A stretch of DNA of 64,000 nucleotides, from assembly GCA_049646585.1 (NCBI GenBank), contig JBARWC010000118.1:30680-94679 (forward strand), read 5' to 3'. The notes under the pieces are model-generated. The model saw only the letters and a program-made list of their open reading frames with translations, was not told where the DNA came from and did not search any database. Shown here piece by piece: positions 27,421 through 36,476 of the stretch. The translations under genes were made by a program, and so were the position numbers. Origin of the DNA: Burkholderiaceae bacterium (GTDB taxonomy: Bacteria; Pseudomonadota; Gammaproteobacteria; Burkholderiales; Burkholderiaceae_B). The stretch's first letter is position 1. The number at the start of each line of letters is the position of its first letter.

Positions 27421-28221
27421 ATGACTGAAAACATGAAACTCAGCCTGGCAGGCAAGACCGCAATCGTTACCGGCGCGGCAAGCGGCATCGGTCGCGCCAT
27501 CGCAGAAACCTACGCCCGTGCGGGCGCACAAGTAGCGATCGCCGACCTGAATGAAAATGGCGCAAACGAAACAGCCAAAGCCATTCAGGCCGCTGGCGGT
27601 AAAGCCATGGGCGTGCGTATGGACGTCACCGACGAGGCCTCGGTCAACGCGGCCACTGATGCGGTGGTCAAGGCCTTCGGCCGCATAGATATACTGGTCT
27701 CCAATGCGGGGATACAAATCGTCAATCCTATCGAAGCGTTCTCATTTGCAGACTGGAAGAAACTGCTTGCGATTCACCTCGATGGCGGCTTTCTTACGAC
27801 CAAAGCGGCGCTCAAAAGCATGTACGCCGACCAGCGCGGCGGCGTAGTAATCTACATGGGGTCGGTACACTCGCACGAGGCGTCCAAGCTGAAAAGCGCT
27901 TACGTTGCGGCCAAGCATGGCTTGCTTGGCTTGGCCCGGGTGCTTGCTAAAGAGGGCGGGCCTAAGGGCGTGCGCTCGCACGTCATCTGCCCCGGCTTTG
28001 TGCGCACCCCGCTGGTGGAAAAGCAGATTCCCGAGCAAGCCAAAGAACTGAATATCAGCGAAGACGATGTCATTCGCAATGTCATGCTTAAAGACACGGT
28101 GGATGCCGAATTCACCACCGTGGAAGATGTAGCCAATTTGGCGCTATTCCTGGCGGCATTTCCCAGCGCGGCCTTGACCGGGCAGTCGCTGGTGGTAAGC
28201 CATGGCTGGTATATGAGCTGA
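27421..28221 (+). CDS. bdhA: D-beta-hydroxybutyrate dehydrogenase (SDR)
   Basis: [12 protein letters not shown], catalytic SAYVAAKHG, and the characteristic C-terminus ..[29 protein letters not shown]. Start moved to ATG 27421. Confidence 0.8.
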   Translation: MTENMKLSLAGKTAIVTGAASGIGRAIAETYARAGAQVAIADLNENGANETAKAIQAAGGKAMGVRMDVTDEASVNAATDAVVKAFGRIDILVSNAGIQIVNPIEAFSFADWKKLLAIHLDGGFLTTKAALKSMYADQRGGVVIYMGSVHSHEASKLKSAYVAAKHGLLGLARVLAKEGGPKGVRSHVICPGFVRTPLVEKQIPEQAKELNISEDDVIRNVMLKDTVDAEFTTVEDVANLALFLAAFPSAALTGQSLVVSHGWYMS

Positions 28222-28306
28222 AATCATGCCTGTTTCCGTCTAAGACCCAAGCGCGGTATAGTTACCTGGCGCCCTGAACATAGATCGGCGTATTAGCGAA
28301 CGCGAC

Positions 28307-29683
28307 ATGACCGATACTTCCGGGACGCCAGTGCGTCGAAACATCATTTTTGCCATTATTGGCATGGCCTTGCTCATGATGGCGATCGACTCGACCATTG
28401 TGGCCACGGCGCTGCATGCCATCCAGCAAGGGCTGGATACGTCAATCAATTTGGCCGGCTGGACCATTACCGCTTATTCCTTTGGCTTTATATTGATGCT
28501 GCCTGTCAGCGGCAAGCTTGCCGAGCGCTTTGGCCGGCGCCGGGTTTTTTTGGCCTCGTCACTGGCATTTGCGCTGGCATCATTTGGTTGCGGGATGGCC
28601 GACAATATCTATGTGCTGATTGTCCTGCGCGCATTGCAAGCTGCTGGAGGCGCCGGTTTTACACCGACTGCCACCGGTATTATCGTGGATCACTTCGGTC
28701 CGACGCGTGATCGCTACGTAAGCCTTTTCGGCAGCATATTTCCAATTGGCGCCATGATGGGCCCGATTTTCGGCGGATATTTTGTCGCCTATTCATCCTG
28801 GCGCGACGTGTTCTATGTGAATGTACCGCTCGGACTGGTGATTTTCTTGCTGGCATGGCGCTATGTGCCGCACGATCGCCCCCGAGGCCCCGTCAAGCAA
28901 ATGGACGTCAAGGGAATCGCCATGCTCGGCTGCGGCCTGCTTGCCGGGATGCTTGCCGCGACCCTGCTGGGCGGGAAGCCCACGACAGGCAATCTGCTGA
29001 TGTTCATGAGCCTCGTCGTGCTGGCCAGCTTGGCCTTTGTGCTTTTTTTCCTGCATATTCGGCATGTCGAGGCGCCTTTTATTCAGCCCCGACTGATCTA
29101 CGGCCCAAGCTTTGGCGCCGTAAATCTGGTCAACATGATTTTCAGCGGCTTCATCATCGGCGCCATGGCGCTGGTGCCGCTTTATGCCATCAATCGCTAT
29201 GACATGGGTGTGGTGGGGGCCGGCACGCTGCTTACTGCCCAAGGGGCGGCGGCGATGATCTTCTCGCTGACGGCTGTCGCGGCGCTGCGCCGCAGCGGCT
29301 ATCGTCTCCCTCTGTATGTGGGCAGTGCGCTCACTATTACCGGGTTGGTGCTGCTTGCCCTCCAGCCCATGGCGGGTATCTCACCCTATTCCTGGCTTGC
29401 CTTCGCCGCATTTTTGGTCGGCGCCGGAAATGGCGCCATCAATCCCGCCACGCGCAATGCCGGGCTGCAGCTTGCGCCCGAATCATCTTCCATGCTGGCG
29501 GCACTGCGTACCTTATCATTGCAAATCGGCTCGATTATCGTCGTATCGATCGCGGCTGCCATTCTGACCGATCAGAGCAATACGGGCGAGATCCTGGCCT
29601 GGGTTTATGTCATGCTTGCCGTGATCAGGTTATTGGCGATATCGCTGATAAAGTACGTGCCTGAACAGCACGGCGCCTGGTAG
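28307..29683 (+). CDS. MFS transporter (drug:H+ antiporter-like, many-TM)
   Basis: 458 aa polytopic protein with MFS motif A GKLAERFGRRRV. Confidence 0.8.
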   Translation: MTDTSGTPVRRNIIFAIIGMALLMMAIDSTIVATALHAIQQGLDTSINLAGWTITAYSFGFILMLPVSGKLAERFGRRRVFLASSLAFALASFGCGMADNIYVLIVLRALQAAGGAGFTPTATGIIVDHFGPTRDRYVSLFGSIFPIGAMMGPIFGGYFVAYSSWRDVFYVNVPLGLVIFLLAWRYVPHDRPRGPVKQMDVKGIAMLGCGLLAGMLAATLLGGKPTTGNLLMFMSLVVLASLAFVLFFLHIRHVEAPFIQPRLIYGPSFGAVNLVNMIFSGFIIGAMALVPLYAINRYDMGVVGAGTLLTAQGAAAMIFSLTAVAALRRSGYRLPLYVGSALTITGLVLLALQPMAGISPYSWLAFAAFLVGAGNGAINPATRNAGLQLAPESSSMLAALRTLSLQIGSIIVVSIAAAILTDQSNTGEILAWVYVMLAVIRLLAISLIKYVPEQHGAW

Positions 29684-29829
29684 CTATACCTGAAACCGCT
29701 TGCTTTCGTCGGACCTGAAACATGCCGTTATGACAGGCAGAGGCGGAAATACATACTGATCCAAATGACAGCGCCTGCCACCTATAGATGACAGGCGCCT
29801 GATGTCCCTCCCCGCCTACCGCCTACGAA

Positions 29830-30705
29830 TCAACGCTCGGCGTAGCGCTGCTCCAGTTCATCATATAGCGACTTGTTGACCAAGCGCTGACGCTCATTGA
29901 ACGGTGCCAGCAAGGCAGGATCTTCATCCAGCTTGCCGTCGCGCTTGAGCGTGGACAGGGCCTTTTGCATGCCCAGCACCGCGCCCTGCAGCGCAGCGTT
30001 GGCATAGAGCACAAGACTGTAGCCCATATCGCCCAGCTCCTGCGCCGTCATGGCGGGCGTCTTGCCGCCCACCACGATGTTGATCAGCAGAGGCTTCTCG
30101 AGCAATTTCGGAATCTGGCGGATCTCATCCAGCGTAGTCATGGCCTCGACGAAAAGGATGTCGGCGCCCGCTTCGGCAAACTTCTGCGCCCGCTCGATCG
30201 CGCCTTCGAAGCCCTCCACCGCCCGCGCATCGGTGCGTGCAATGATCTGGAAGTCGGGATCCGTGCGCGCGTCAGTAGCCGCCCGGATCTTGTCCAGCAT
30301 CTCCGGCAATGGAGCCACAGCCTTGCCGGCGAAGTGGCCACACCGCTTCGGGAACACCTGGTCTTCAATCTGGACGGCATCGGCACCGGCGCGTTCGAGC
30401 GCGCGTACGGTATGCCAGGCATTGACCGCATTGCCGAAACCGGTGTCGATATCGACAATCAGCGGCAAATCTTCCACCGCTTCACGGATACGCATCGTGG
30501 CGTCGGCCACGTCGCGCAGGCCGATGATGCCCAGATCAGGCGCACCATAGTGCATATTGGTCAGCCCGGCGCCCGTCAGGTAGACGGCCTCGAACCCCTG
30601 GTCCGCTACGACCCTGGCGCTCATCGCGTTGAAAGCGCCAGCCACGATCAAGCCGTTGCGGCGGGCGACTTTCTCGCGCAGGGTTTGCTTTGTCGATTTT
30701 CCCAT
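29830..30705 (-). CDS. Isocitrate lyase/PEP mutase superfamily lyase (methylisocitrate-lyase-like)
   Basis: IVDIDTGFGN and the catalytic loop FPKRCGH. Start set to ATG 30705 after a GGAG RBS; the track Met at 30780 is an alternative. Confidence 0.78.
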   Translation of the reverse strand: MGKSTKQTLREKVARRNGLIVAGAFNAMSARVVADQGFEAVYLTGAGLTNMHYGAPDLGIIGLRDVADATMRIREAVEDLPLIVDIDTGFGNAVNAWHTVRALERAGADAVQIEDQVFPKRCGHFAGKAVAPLPEMLDKIRAATDARTDPDFQIIARTDARAVEGFEGAIERAQKFAEAGADILFVEAMTTLDEIRQIPKLLEKPLLINIVVGGKTPAMTAQELGDMGYSLVLYANAALQGAVLGMQKALSTLKRDGKLDEDPALLAPFNERQRLVNKSLYDELEQRYAER

Positions 30706-30922
30706 CAAAAACTCCAATATTGAATATGGCAAGGCAGCTATGGAATCATCAAGTTTATCCTTGGTTGCAGGATTATTCATTACTTTGACCAGGACGTGGA
30801 CTTCCTGCTAGGCGAAAGCAAAAACAAGGTGTAAAACGTTAAGCGCTGTGGAGCCGCCGACAAATGAACCCAATCACTGGTTCAACAGCTACAGCACAGC
30901 CATCCGTTCATCCGAGAGCATC

Positions 30923-31669
30923 ATGTCATTCGTCCCAACCGAAATCACCTCCCTCTTCGCCGCCATCCTGATCGCCCTCAGTTTCGTCACTTCAGCATTA
31001 ACCGCGGCAATGGGGCTGGGCGGGGGTGTCGCGATGCTGGCGGTGCTGAGCCTGGGTCTGCCGGTGACAAGCGTGCTGCCGGTGCACGGGGTCGTACAAG
31101 TGGGCTCCAACGCAGGGCGTGTGGTAATTCAACGCCGCCACGTGGTGACTCCGGTGTTGATCTGGTTTCTGCTGGGCAGTTTGGTGGGCGTCGCAATAGG
31201 CGGGTCGGTAGCCGTGAACATCCCGGACAAGCTGGCCAAAGCCGGCTTGGCGCTGTTCATCCTGTGGTCGGTCTATCGCAAGAAGCCCAAGGCCGAGGTG
31301 CAGCAGCACGGAAAGACTTATTTCGTGGTGGGTGGCGCAATATCAAGCTTCTTTACCATGCTGGTGGGCTCCACCGGTCCGCTGGTCGCCGCGCTGCTGG
31401 CCAACACAGGCCTGATCAAGCAGCCGCTGGTGGCCACGCATGCGTTCTGTATGGTCATTCAGCATGGCCTGAAGATTTTTGTCTTCGGCGTGCTGGGCTT
31501 TGCCTATGCGGAGTGGGCGCCGCTGCTGGCGGCGATGATCGTCAGCGGCGTGGCCGGCACCTGGGTCGGCACACGCACCCTGGACAATCTACCCGAAAAG
31601 GTTTTCAGGCTGGGCTTCAAGATCGTGATGACCCTCGTCAGCCTGCACATGCTTTGGCAAACCTTGTAA
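30923..31669 (+). CDS. TauE/SafE-family anion (sulfite-type) exporter
   Basis: 248 aa Gly-rich polytopic membrane protein of the DUF81/TauE pattern. Start moved to MSFVPTEI. Confidence 0.65.
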   Translation: MSFVPTEITSLFAAILIALSFVTSALTAAMGLGGGVAMLAVLSLGLPVTSVLPVHGVVQVGSNAGRVVIQRRHVVTPVLIWFLLGSLVGVAIGGSVAVNIPDKLAKAGLALFILWSVYRKKPKAEVQQHGKTYFVVGGAISSFFTMLVGSTGPLVAALLANTGLIKQPLVATHAFCMVIQHGLKIFVFGVLGFAYAEWAPLLAAMIVSGVAGTWVGTRTLDNLPEKVFRLGFKIVMTLVSLHMLWQTL

Positions 31670-31761
31670 GCGCCAGGTGCTGATCGGGCGTAGGCCATTC
31701 CCCGAGCACAAGCATTTGCCATTAGCCGCATGAACCATGCAGAAAGGGCCGGGTCATTACA

Positions 31762-32535
31762 TTATTTGGTCGTGTAGCCGCCATTGATAAGTATTGTCTG
31801 ACCCGTAATCCACCAACCGTCGCTGACCAGATGACGGATGAATGGCACAACGTCTTCGATGTCGGTAAGCCCGGTCTTGGAGAACGGCGATAGAGCCGCT
31901 GCGGTCTTGTGGTAGGCCACGGCGTCCGCTCCTTCCGCCGGATAAAAGAATGGAGTGTCCATGGGGCCAGGGCCGACGGCGGTCACCGATATGCCTCGCG
32001 CACCGAACTCTTTGGCCGCTGCGCGGGTAAAGTGCTCCACCGGAGCCTTGCCGCCGGCATAGCTTGCATAGAAAGGCGTGAATGCGCCCAGCAGGGAAGT
32101 TACCAACGTGCATATTTTGCCGTTGTCGTTGACATGCTTGCCCGCTTCTTTAAGAAAGAAGAATGCCGACTTGCTGTTGACGGCCGCCATTTCGTCGTAT
32201 TCGGCTTCGCTCGTCTCGAGTATTGGCTTCTTGAGTACCTTGCCGACGGTATTGATCGCGATATCGGGGCGGCCCACGGCCTCAACGACATCCGCGAATA
32301 ACTTCTTCATAGCATCGGCAGTCCTCAGGTCGCCCTGAAAGGCCACCGCTTTGGCGCCAGCCTGCTCGATGGCGGCAACCGTGCGATCCGCGTCGGCCTT
32401 GCTAGCCGGGCTGTTGTAGTGAATGGCAACGGCCTTGGCGCCTTGGGCAGCCAGATCGCGAGCCATGAGGCTACCGAGGTTCTTGGCGCCGCCTGCGATG
32501 AGGGCGACTTTGCCTTTGATCCCGTGTTCAGACAT
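31762..32535 (-). CDS. SDR-family oxidoreductase
   Basis: GGAKNLG cofactor motif and YASYAGGK catalytic motif. RBS GGAG before ATG 32535. Confidence 0.82.
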   Translation of the reverse strand: MSEHGIKGKVALIAGGAKNLGSLMARDLAAQGAKAVAIHYNSPASKADADRTVAAIEQAGAKAVAFQGDLRTADAMKKLFADVVEAVGRPDIAINTVGKVLKKPILETSEAEYDEMAAVNSKSAFFFLKEAGKHVNDNGKICTLVTSLLGAFTPFYASYAGGKAPVEHFTRAAAKEFGARGISVTAVGPGPMDTPFFYPAEGADAVAYHKTAAALSPFSKTGLTDIEDVVPFIRHLVSDGWWITGQTILINGGYTTK

Positions 32536-32646
32536 GAAGGACTCCGTTATGTGTAAGGGGTCCAATCACCTTATTCGACTAATAAAAAACAATAAATCGC
32601 TTTTTCAATACTAAACTATCCATAAATCATTACCAATAATCCAATA

Positions 32647-33543
32647 ATGGATCGCATCGACCAATTCCGTATTTTTATCCGCGTCGCTCAGAGCGGTGGC
32701 TTTACCTTGGCTGCCAACCAGCTCGGTATGCCGCGGCCGACGGTATCGCTCGGTGTCCAGCATCTGGAAACCAGGCTAGGTACGCGCTTGTTCAACCGCA
32801 CGACAAGGCGTGTGCACCTGACCCAGGACGGCGAGGCACTGCTCGAGCGCGCAATCGCGCTGGTAGCCGATAGCGAAGAGTTGGAGCAACAGTTCCAGCC
32901 TGGAGCAAAGGCTTTGCAAGGGCGCCTGCGCGTCGATCTGCCCAGCCGTATCGCACGCAGCCAAGTGATACCAGCATTGCCCGGCTTCATGAAACGCCAT
33001 CCCGGCATCGATCTGGAGCTTGGCTCCAGCGACCGAATCATCGATATCGTGCACGAAGGTATCGACTGCGCCTTGCGTGTGGGTGAATTACCGGCCAGCA
33101 GCCTTGTCGCCCGGCCGATTGGCATGCTCAGGCTTATCAATTGCGCGAGCCCCGCCTATCTGGCGCAATATGGCGTTCCCAAGACTCCCGCCGACCTGCC
33201 GCAACATTTGGCGGTCAACTATGCATCATCCGGCAGCGCTCGAGTCGCGCCCTGGGAGTGGACGGATCAAGAGGAAATTCAGACTATTGCAATGTCGGCT
33301 CGCGTCACGGTCAATAATGCCGAGGCCTACATTGCTTGCAGCCTGGCCGGCATGGGATTGATTCAAATCCCGGCTTATGATGTGGGCGAGTACTTGGAGA
33401 GGGGTGAACTGGTGGAGGTGCTCGCGAACTGGCCGGCACCATCCATGCCCATGCACATTGTGTATCCGCATAGACGCCATCTTTCGCGCCGTGTGCAGGC
33501 GTTCAGCAATTGGCTAACGGAAATCCTGGCACTTCACTGCTGA
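32647..33543 (+). CDS. LysR-family transcriptional regulator
   Basis: N-terminal HTH FIRVAQSGGFTLAANQLGMPRPTVSLGVQHLE. It is divergent from the SDR gene. Confidence 0.88.
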   Translation: MDRIDQFRIFIRVAQSGGFTLAANQLGMPRPTVSLGVQHLETRLGTRLFNRTTRRVHLTQDGEALLERAIALVADSEELEQQFQPGAKALQGRLRVDLPSRIARSQVIPALPGFMKRHPGIDLELGSSDRIIDIVHEGIDCALRVGELPASSLVARPIGMLRLINCASPAYLAQYGVPKTPADLPQHLAVNYASSGSARVAPWEWTDQEEIQTIAMSARVTVNNAEAYIACSLAGMGLIQIPAYDVGEYLERGELVEVLANWPAPSMPMHIVYPHRRHLSRRVQAFSNWLTEILALHC

Positions 33544-33567
33544 CCGCCATCCCTTAAAAGCTAAGCC

Positions 33568-34284
33568 ATGTTGAACATCCAAGACAGCAACGGCGTGCGC
33601 ACTTTGCATTTCGGTTCACCCGTCGTGCAGGGCGCCATGCGCATCGACCGGCCCAACGACATCGAGCTGGAATACGTGCAGCAAATGATGATGTGGCTAC
33701 TGTTTCGGGGCGATGCCTCGCACATTGTCCAGCTTGGCCTGGGCGCCGCAGCCTTGACCAAATTCTGCCATCATAGGCTGGCGCCGGCCCGGGTCACCGC
33801 GGTAGAACTTGACCCGGGCGTCATCGACATCTGCCGCAGCCGCTTCGCGCTGCCACCCGACGATGAGCGCCTGAGCGTACTAAACATAAACGCCCTGGAT
33901 TATGTGATGGACTTTTCCCGTCGCCGCTCAATCGATGTCCTGCAGGTCGATTTGTACGATGCGCAAGCGCAAGGCCCGCTGCTCAGCACCGACGCTTTCT
34001 ATGCCGCCTGCGCGAACTGCCTGACCGCCAACGGCATGATGACGGTGAACCTGTATTGCGACTGGCCGGATCACCTGAACCATCTTCAGATGATAGAGAA
34101 ACCCTTCGAAGCGGTGGCGTGGCTGCCTGAAGTGCACGACGGCAATATGGTGGCGATTGCATTCAAGCAGCCGCCATCCGTGGATTTTGACGACCTGTAT
34201 GCACGCGCCAAAGAAATACGTGCGGCGCTGGGCCTTCCGGCGGAAACCTGGGTCGACGGACTACATGGCTGGATGAGCTCATAG
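33568..34284 (+). CDS. Spermidine-synthase-like class I SAM-dependent methyltransferase-fold protein
   Basis: 238 aa with a VQLGLGAAAL nucleotide-binding loop and a VELDPGV acidic strand. Confidence 0.6.
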   Translation: MLNIQDSNGVRTLHFGSPVVQGAMRIDRPNDIELEYVQQMMMWLLFRGDASHIVQLGLGAAALTKFCHHRLAPARVTAVELDPGVIDICRSRFALPPDDERLSVLNINALDYVMDFSRRRSIDVLQVDLYDAQAQGPLLSTDAFYAACANCLTANGMMTVNLYCDWPDHLNHLQMIEKPFEAVAWLPEVHDGNMVAIAFKQPPSVDFDDLYARAKEIRAALGLPAETWVDGLHGWMSS

Positions 34285-34353
34285 TAATATTAGCTAATAG
34301 CGAAAAGTAATTTAGAAACAGCTCAATGCGGGCGACATCAAGAGAGGGGAGCA

Positions 34354-34860
34354 ATGAAGAAACAATACCGCTACATGGCCGCACTAGGCTTGGCTTGCTT
34401 GACTTGGGGCAGTGTCCAGGCGGCGGAGGCCACCTACAACAGTGCAACCATAACCACCGAAACCGCCTTGGCCGCGGCGCAGGCGGCCCTTGCCTCTTGC
34501 CGCACAGGCGGATACCAGGTGGCCGTCAGCGTTACCGACCGGTCGGGGGTGCCCATCGTGGTGCTGCGCGACCGCTACGCGGGGGCTCATACACCGGGCA
34601 CCGCTACACGCAAGGCCTATACCTCGGCCAGTTTCCGCATGTCGTCGGCCGATTTGGCGGAAGCCACGCAAGCAGGAAAGGCAAGTTCCGGCATACGCCA
34701 TCTTGATCAGATTCTGGCGCTGGGCGGCGGCCTGCCGATTGAAGCCGCCGGCTCGCTGGTGGGCGCCATAGGCATATCGGGCGCACCGGGAGGCGACGCC
34801 GATGAAGCCTGTGCCAAAGCCGGTATCGACGCCATCCAGGCGGATCTGGATTTTCAATAA
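34354..34860 (+). CDS. Secreted GlcG/HbpS-like (DUF336) heme-binding-type protein
   Basis: Signal peptide ending VQA-AE, then GGGLPI..GAIGISGAPGGDADEACA. Confidence 0.65.
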   Translation: MKKQYRYMAALGLACLTWGSVQAAEATYNSATITTETALAAAQAALASCRTGGYQVAVSVTDRSGVPIVVLRDRYAGAHTPGTATRKAYTSASFRMSSADLAEATQAGKASSGIRHLDQILALGGGLPIEAAGSLVGAIGISGAPGGDADEACAKAGIDAIQADLDFQ

Positions 34861-34872
34861 ATAATTCAGCAG

Positions 34873-34893
34873 CGCCGCTGAAGATCAGCGGCG
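34873..34893. terminator. Hairpin between convergent glcG-like and soxH-like genes
   Basis: CGCCGCTG-AAGAT-CAGCGGCG, an 8-bp GC-rich stem. Confidence 0.5.
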
Positions 34894-34900
34894 GCGCGCG

Positions 34901-35881
34901 CTACGGTTTGCCTTCCAGGCTCTCCCGCTCCATGCGCAAGTACTGCCCATAGGCGTTGATGCGGTTGGCCTCCTTGAAGGCCGGGTAGGACTCGAACCGG
35001 CTCCAGTCGGTGGCGGCATAGGCTTCTTCGAAGCCGACCATGTCATTGACCGCGGCGCCCATTTCCTGGCGCAGGTATTCCAGATAACTGCGCGTCAGCG
35101 CCATGTCCGCCTGGGTATTGCTTGACGAGGCGCCATGGCCCGGAATGACGATCTTGGGCTTCACGTCCAGCATGCTGTCCAACGCGGCCAGCCAGGCCTT
35201 GCTGTCGGCATCACCCACGAAGGGGATGCGGCCCGTGAAATACAGGTCGCCGGCAAGCAGGACCTGGTCCTGCTCCACATACAGCATGACGTCGTCATCG
35301 GAATGCGCGCCGCTGACGTCGATAAGTCGAAAGTTGATACCACCCATGGTGAACGGTATGGTCTTGCCGCTGGTGAAATCCAGCCAGCGATCCGCCGGAA
35401 GCACTCTGGTGTTCTCGTCCACCCAGGGTGCCAGGTCCTTGCGGCGCTGCTCCAGGCGCTCCTCGGCAATGTCGGAATTCAAATAGCCCTGGCCCTTGGC
35501 GTGCGCCCAGATCTCCGCCCCCGCCTTCTGGAAGGCTTGCAGGCCGTAGATGTGATCGGCGTGGTAATGGCTGACGATCACCCGCTTGACCGGTTGATTC
35601 GTAACCTTGGCAATCGCGTCCAGCATGGCCTGGCCCAGCGCGGGCGTCCCCAACGAGTCGAAGGCAACGACGCCGTCGTCGGTGACGACAAAGCTGGCAT
35701 TGGACATAAAGCCCTTGTTGGCCGCGCTTGCCATGCCTGACTGGCCGCCGAAGTAGTACACGTGGGGACTGACCTGTATGGGCTTGAGTTCCAGTGCCGG
35801 TTCGGCGGCCGTTGCCGCAACAGATACCAGCGCCATGCAGGCGGTCAGGGCGGCAAGGCCTCTTCGCAGGATATGCGCCAT
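34901..35881 (-). CDS. soxH: Periplasmic metallo-beta-lactamase-fold hydrolase, SoxH-like
   Basis: Signal peptide and the HxHxDH motif (SHYHADH). It is the last gene of the sox transcription direction. Confidence 0.6.
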   Translation of the reverse strand: MAHILRRGLAALTACMALVSVAATAAEPALELKPIQVSPHVYYFGGQSGMASAANKGFMSNASFVVTDDGVVAFDSLGTPALGQAMLDAIAKVTNQPVKRVIVSHYHADHIYGLQAFQKAGAEIWAHAKGQGYLNSDIAEERLEQRRKDLAPWVDENTRVLPADRWLDFTSGKTIPFTMGGINFRLIDVSGAHSDDDVMLYVEQDQVLLAGDLYFTGRIPFVGDADSKAWLAALDSMLDVKPKIVIPGHGASSSNTQADMALTRSYLEYLRQEMGAAVNDMVGFEEAYAATDWSRFESYPAFKEANRINAYGQYLRMERESLEGKP

Positions 35882-35987
35882 GTCATGCTTCCTTTCTACG
35901 GCCGTACAGCGGCCTACGATGTTTCAAGGCCGAAGCCGTGGCAGCGGAAAGCGCCCAGCCCAAGGCAGGCTTGGGCGCTACACCCGC

Positions 35988-36437
35988 CTAAGGTTTGATG
36001 TAGGCGTAGCCTTCTTTGTTCTGCAGCTGCGTAATGCGCACCACGCCGGACGGCACGAACTCCGCCTCCATCACAAAGTCGTCGTTGGTCTTGTTCTTGC
36101 GCTTCATGGTGATCTGGCAGACTTCGAAGTGCACGCCGCGCGCCGCCAGACCCGAGATCAGGGGACCGACCGTGGCGGCGTCCTTGTAGTCGGTCTCAAG
36201 AAACTCGATGCCGTCCGCATGCGCCACCAGGACGATCTTGGTATTGGGCTCGGTGTCCAGCTGATTGCGCATATTGCGCAAGGCGCCCAGGGCCTGGCCC
36301 GCGGAATTGTTGACGTGGTAGATAACCTTGGCCGGTTCACTGTTGCCCGCGGCCGCCGGCGCCTGGGCCATGACCGGAAGCGCGGCGCCGGACATGGAAA
36401 GCCCAAAGGCAAACATAATCGTGGCAAGTTTATTCAT
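35988..36437 (-). CDS. Secreted DsrE/DsrF-like family protein
   Basis: 149 aa with signal peptide MNKLATIMFAFGLSMSGAALPVMAQA, then a DsrE-like Rossmann-type core (KVIYHVNN..VLVAHADG..FEVCQIT). It starts 39 nt downstream of soxB. Confidence 0.6.
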   Translation of the reverse strand: MNKLATIMFAFGLSMSGAALPVMAQAPAAAGNSEPAKVIYHVNNSAGQALGALRNMRNQLDTEPNTKIVLVAHADGIEFLETDYKDAATVGPLISGLAARGVHFEVCQITMKRKNKTNDDFVMEAEFVPSGVVRITQLQNKEGYAYIKP

Positions 36438-36476
36438 GGCGTATCTCCTGAAAAATTCACGGTATCCAACAATGCC

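Noticed and set aside
30706-30780. Longer N-terminus (MNNPATKDKLDDS..) for the ICL-family lyase
   Set aside because: The internal ATG at 30705 has a GGAG RBS at proper spacing, and family members start near ..TKQTLRE. The upstream extension is not excluded but is less likely.
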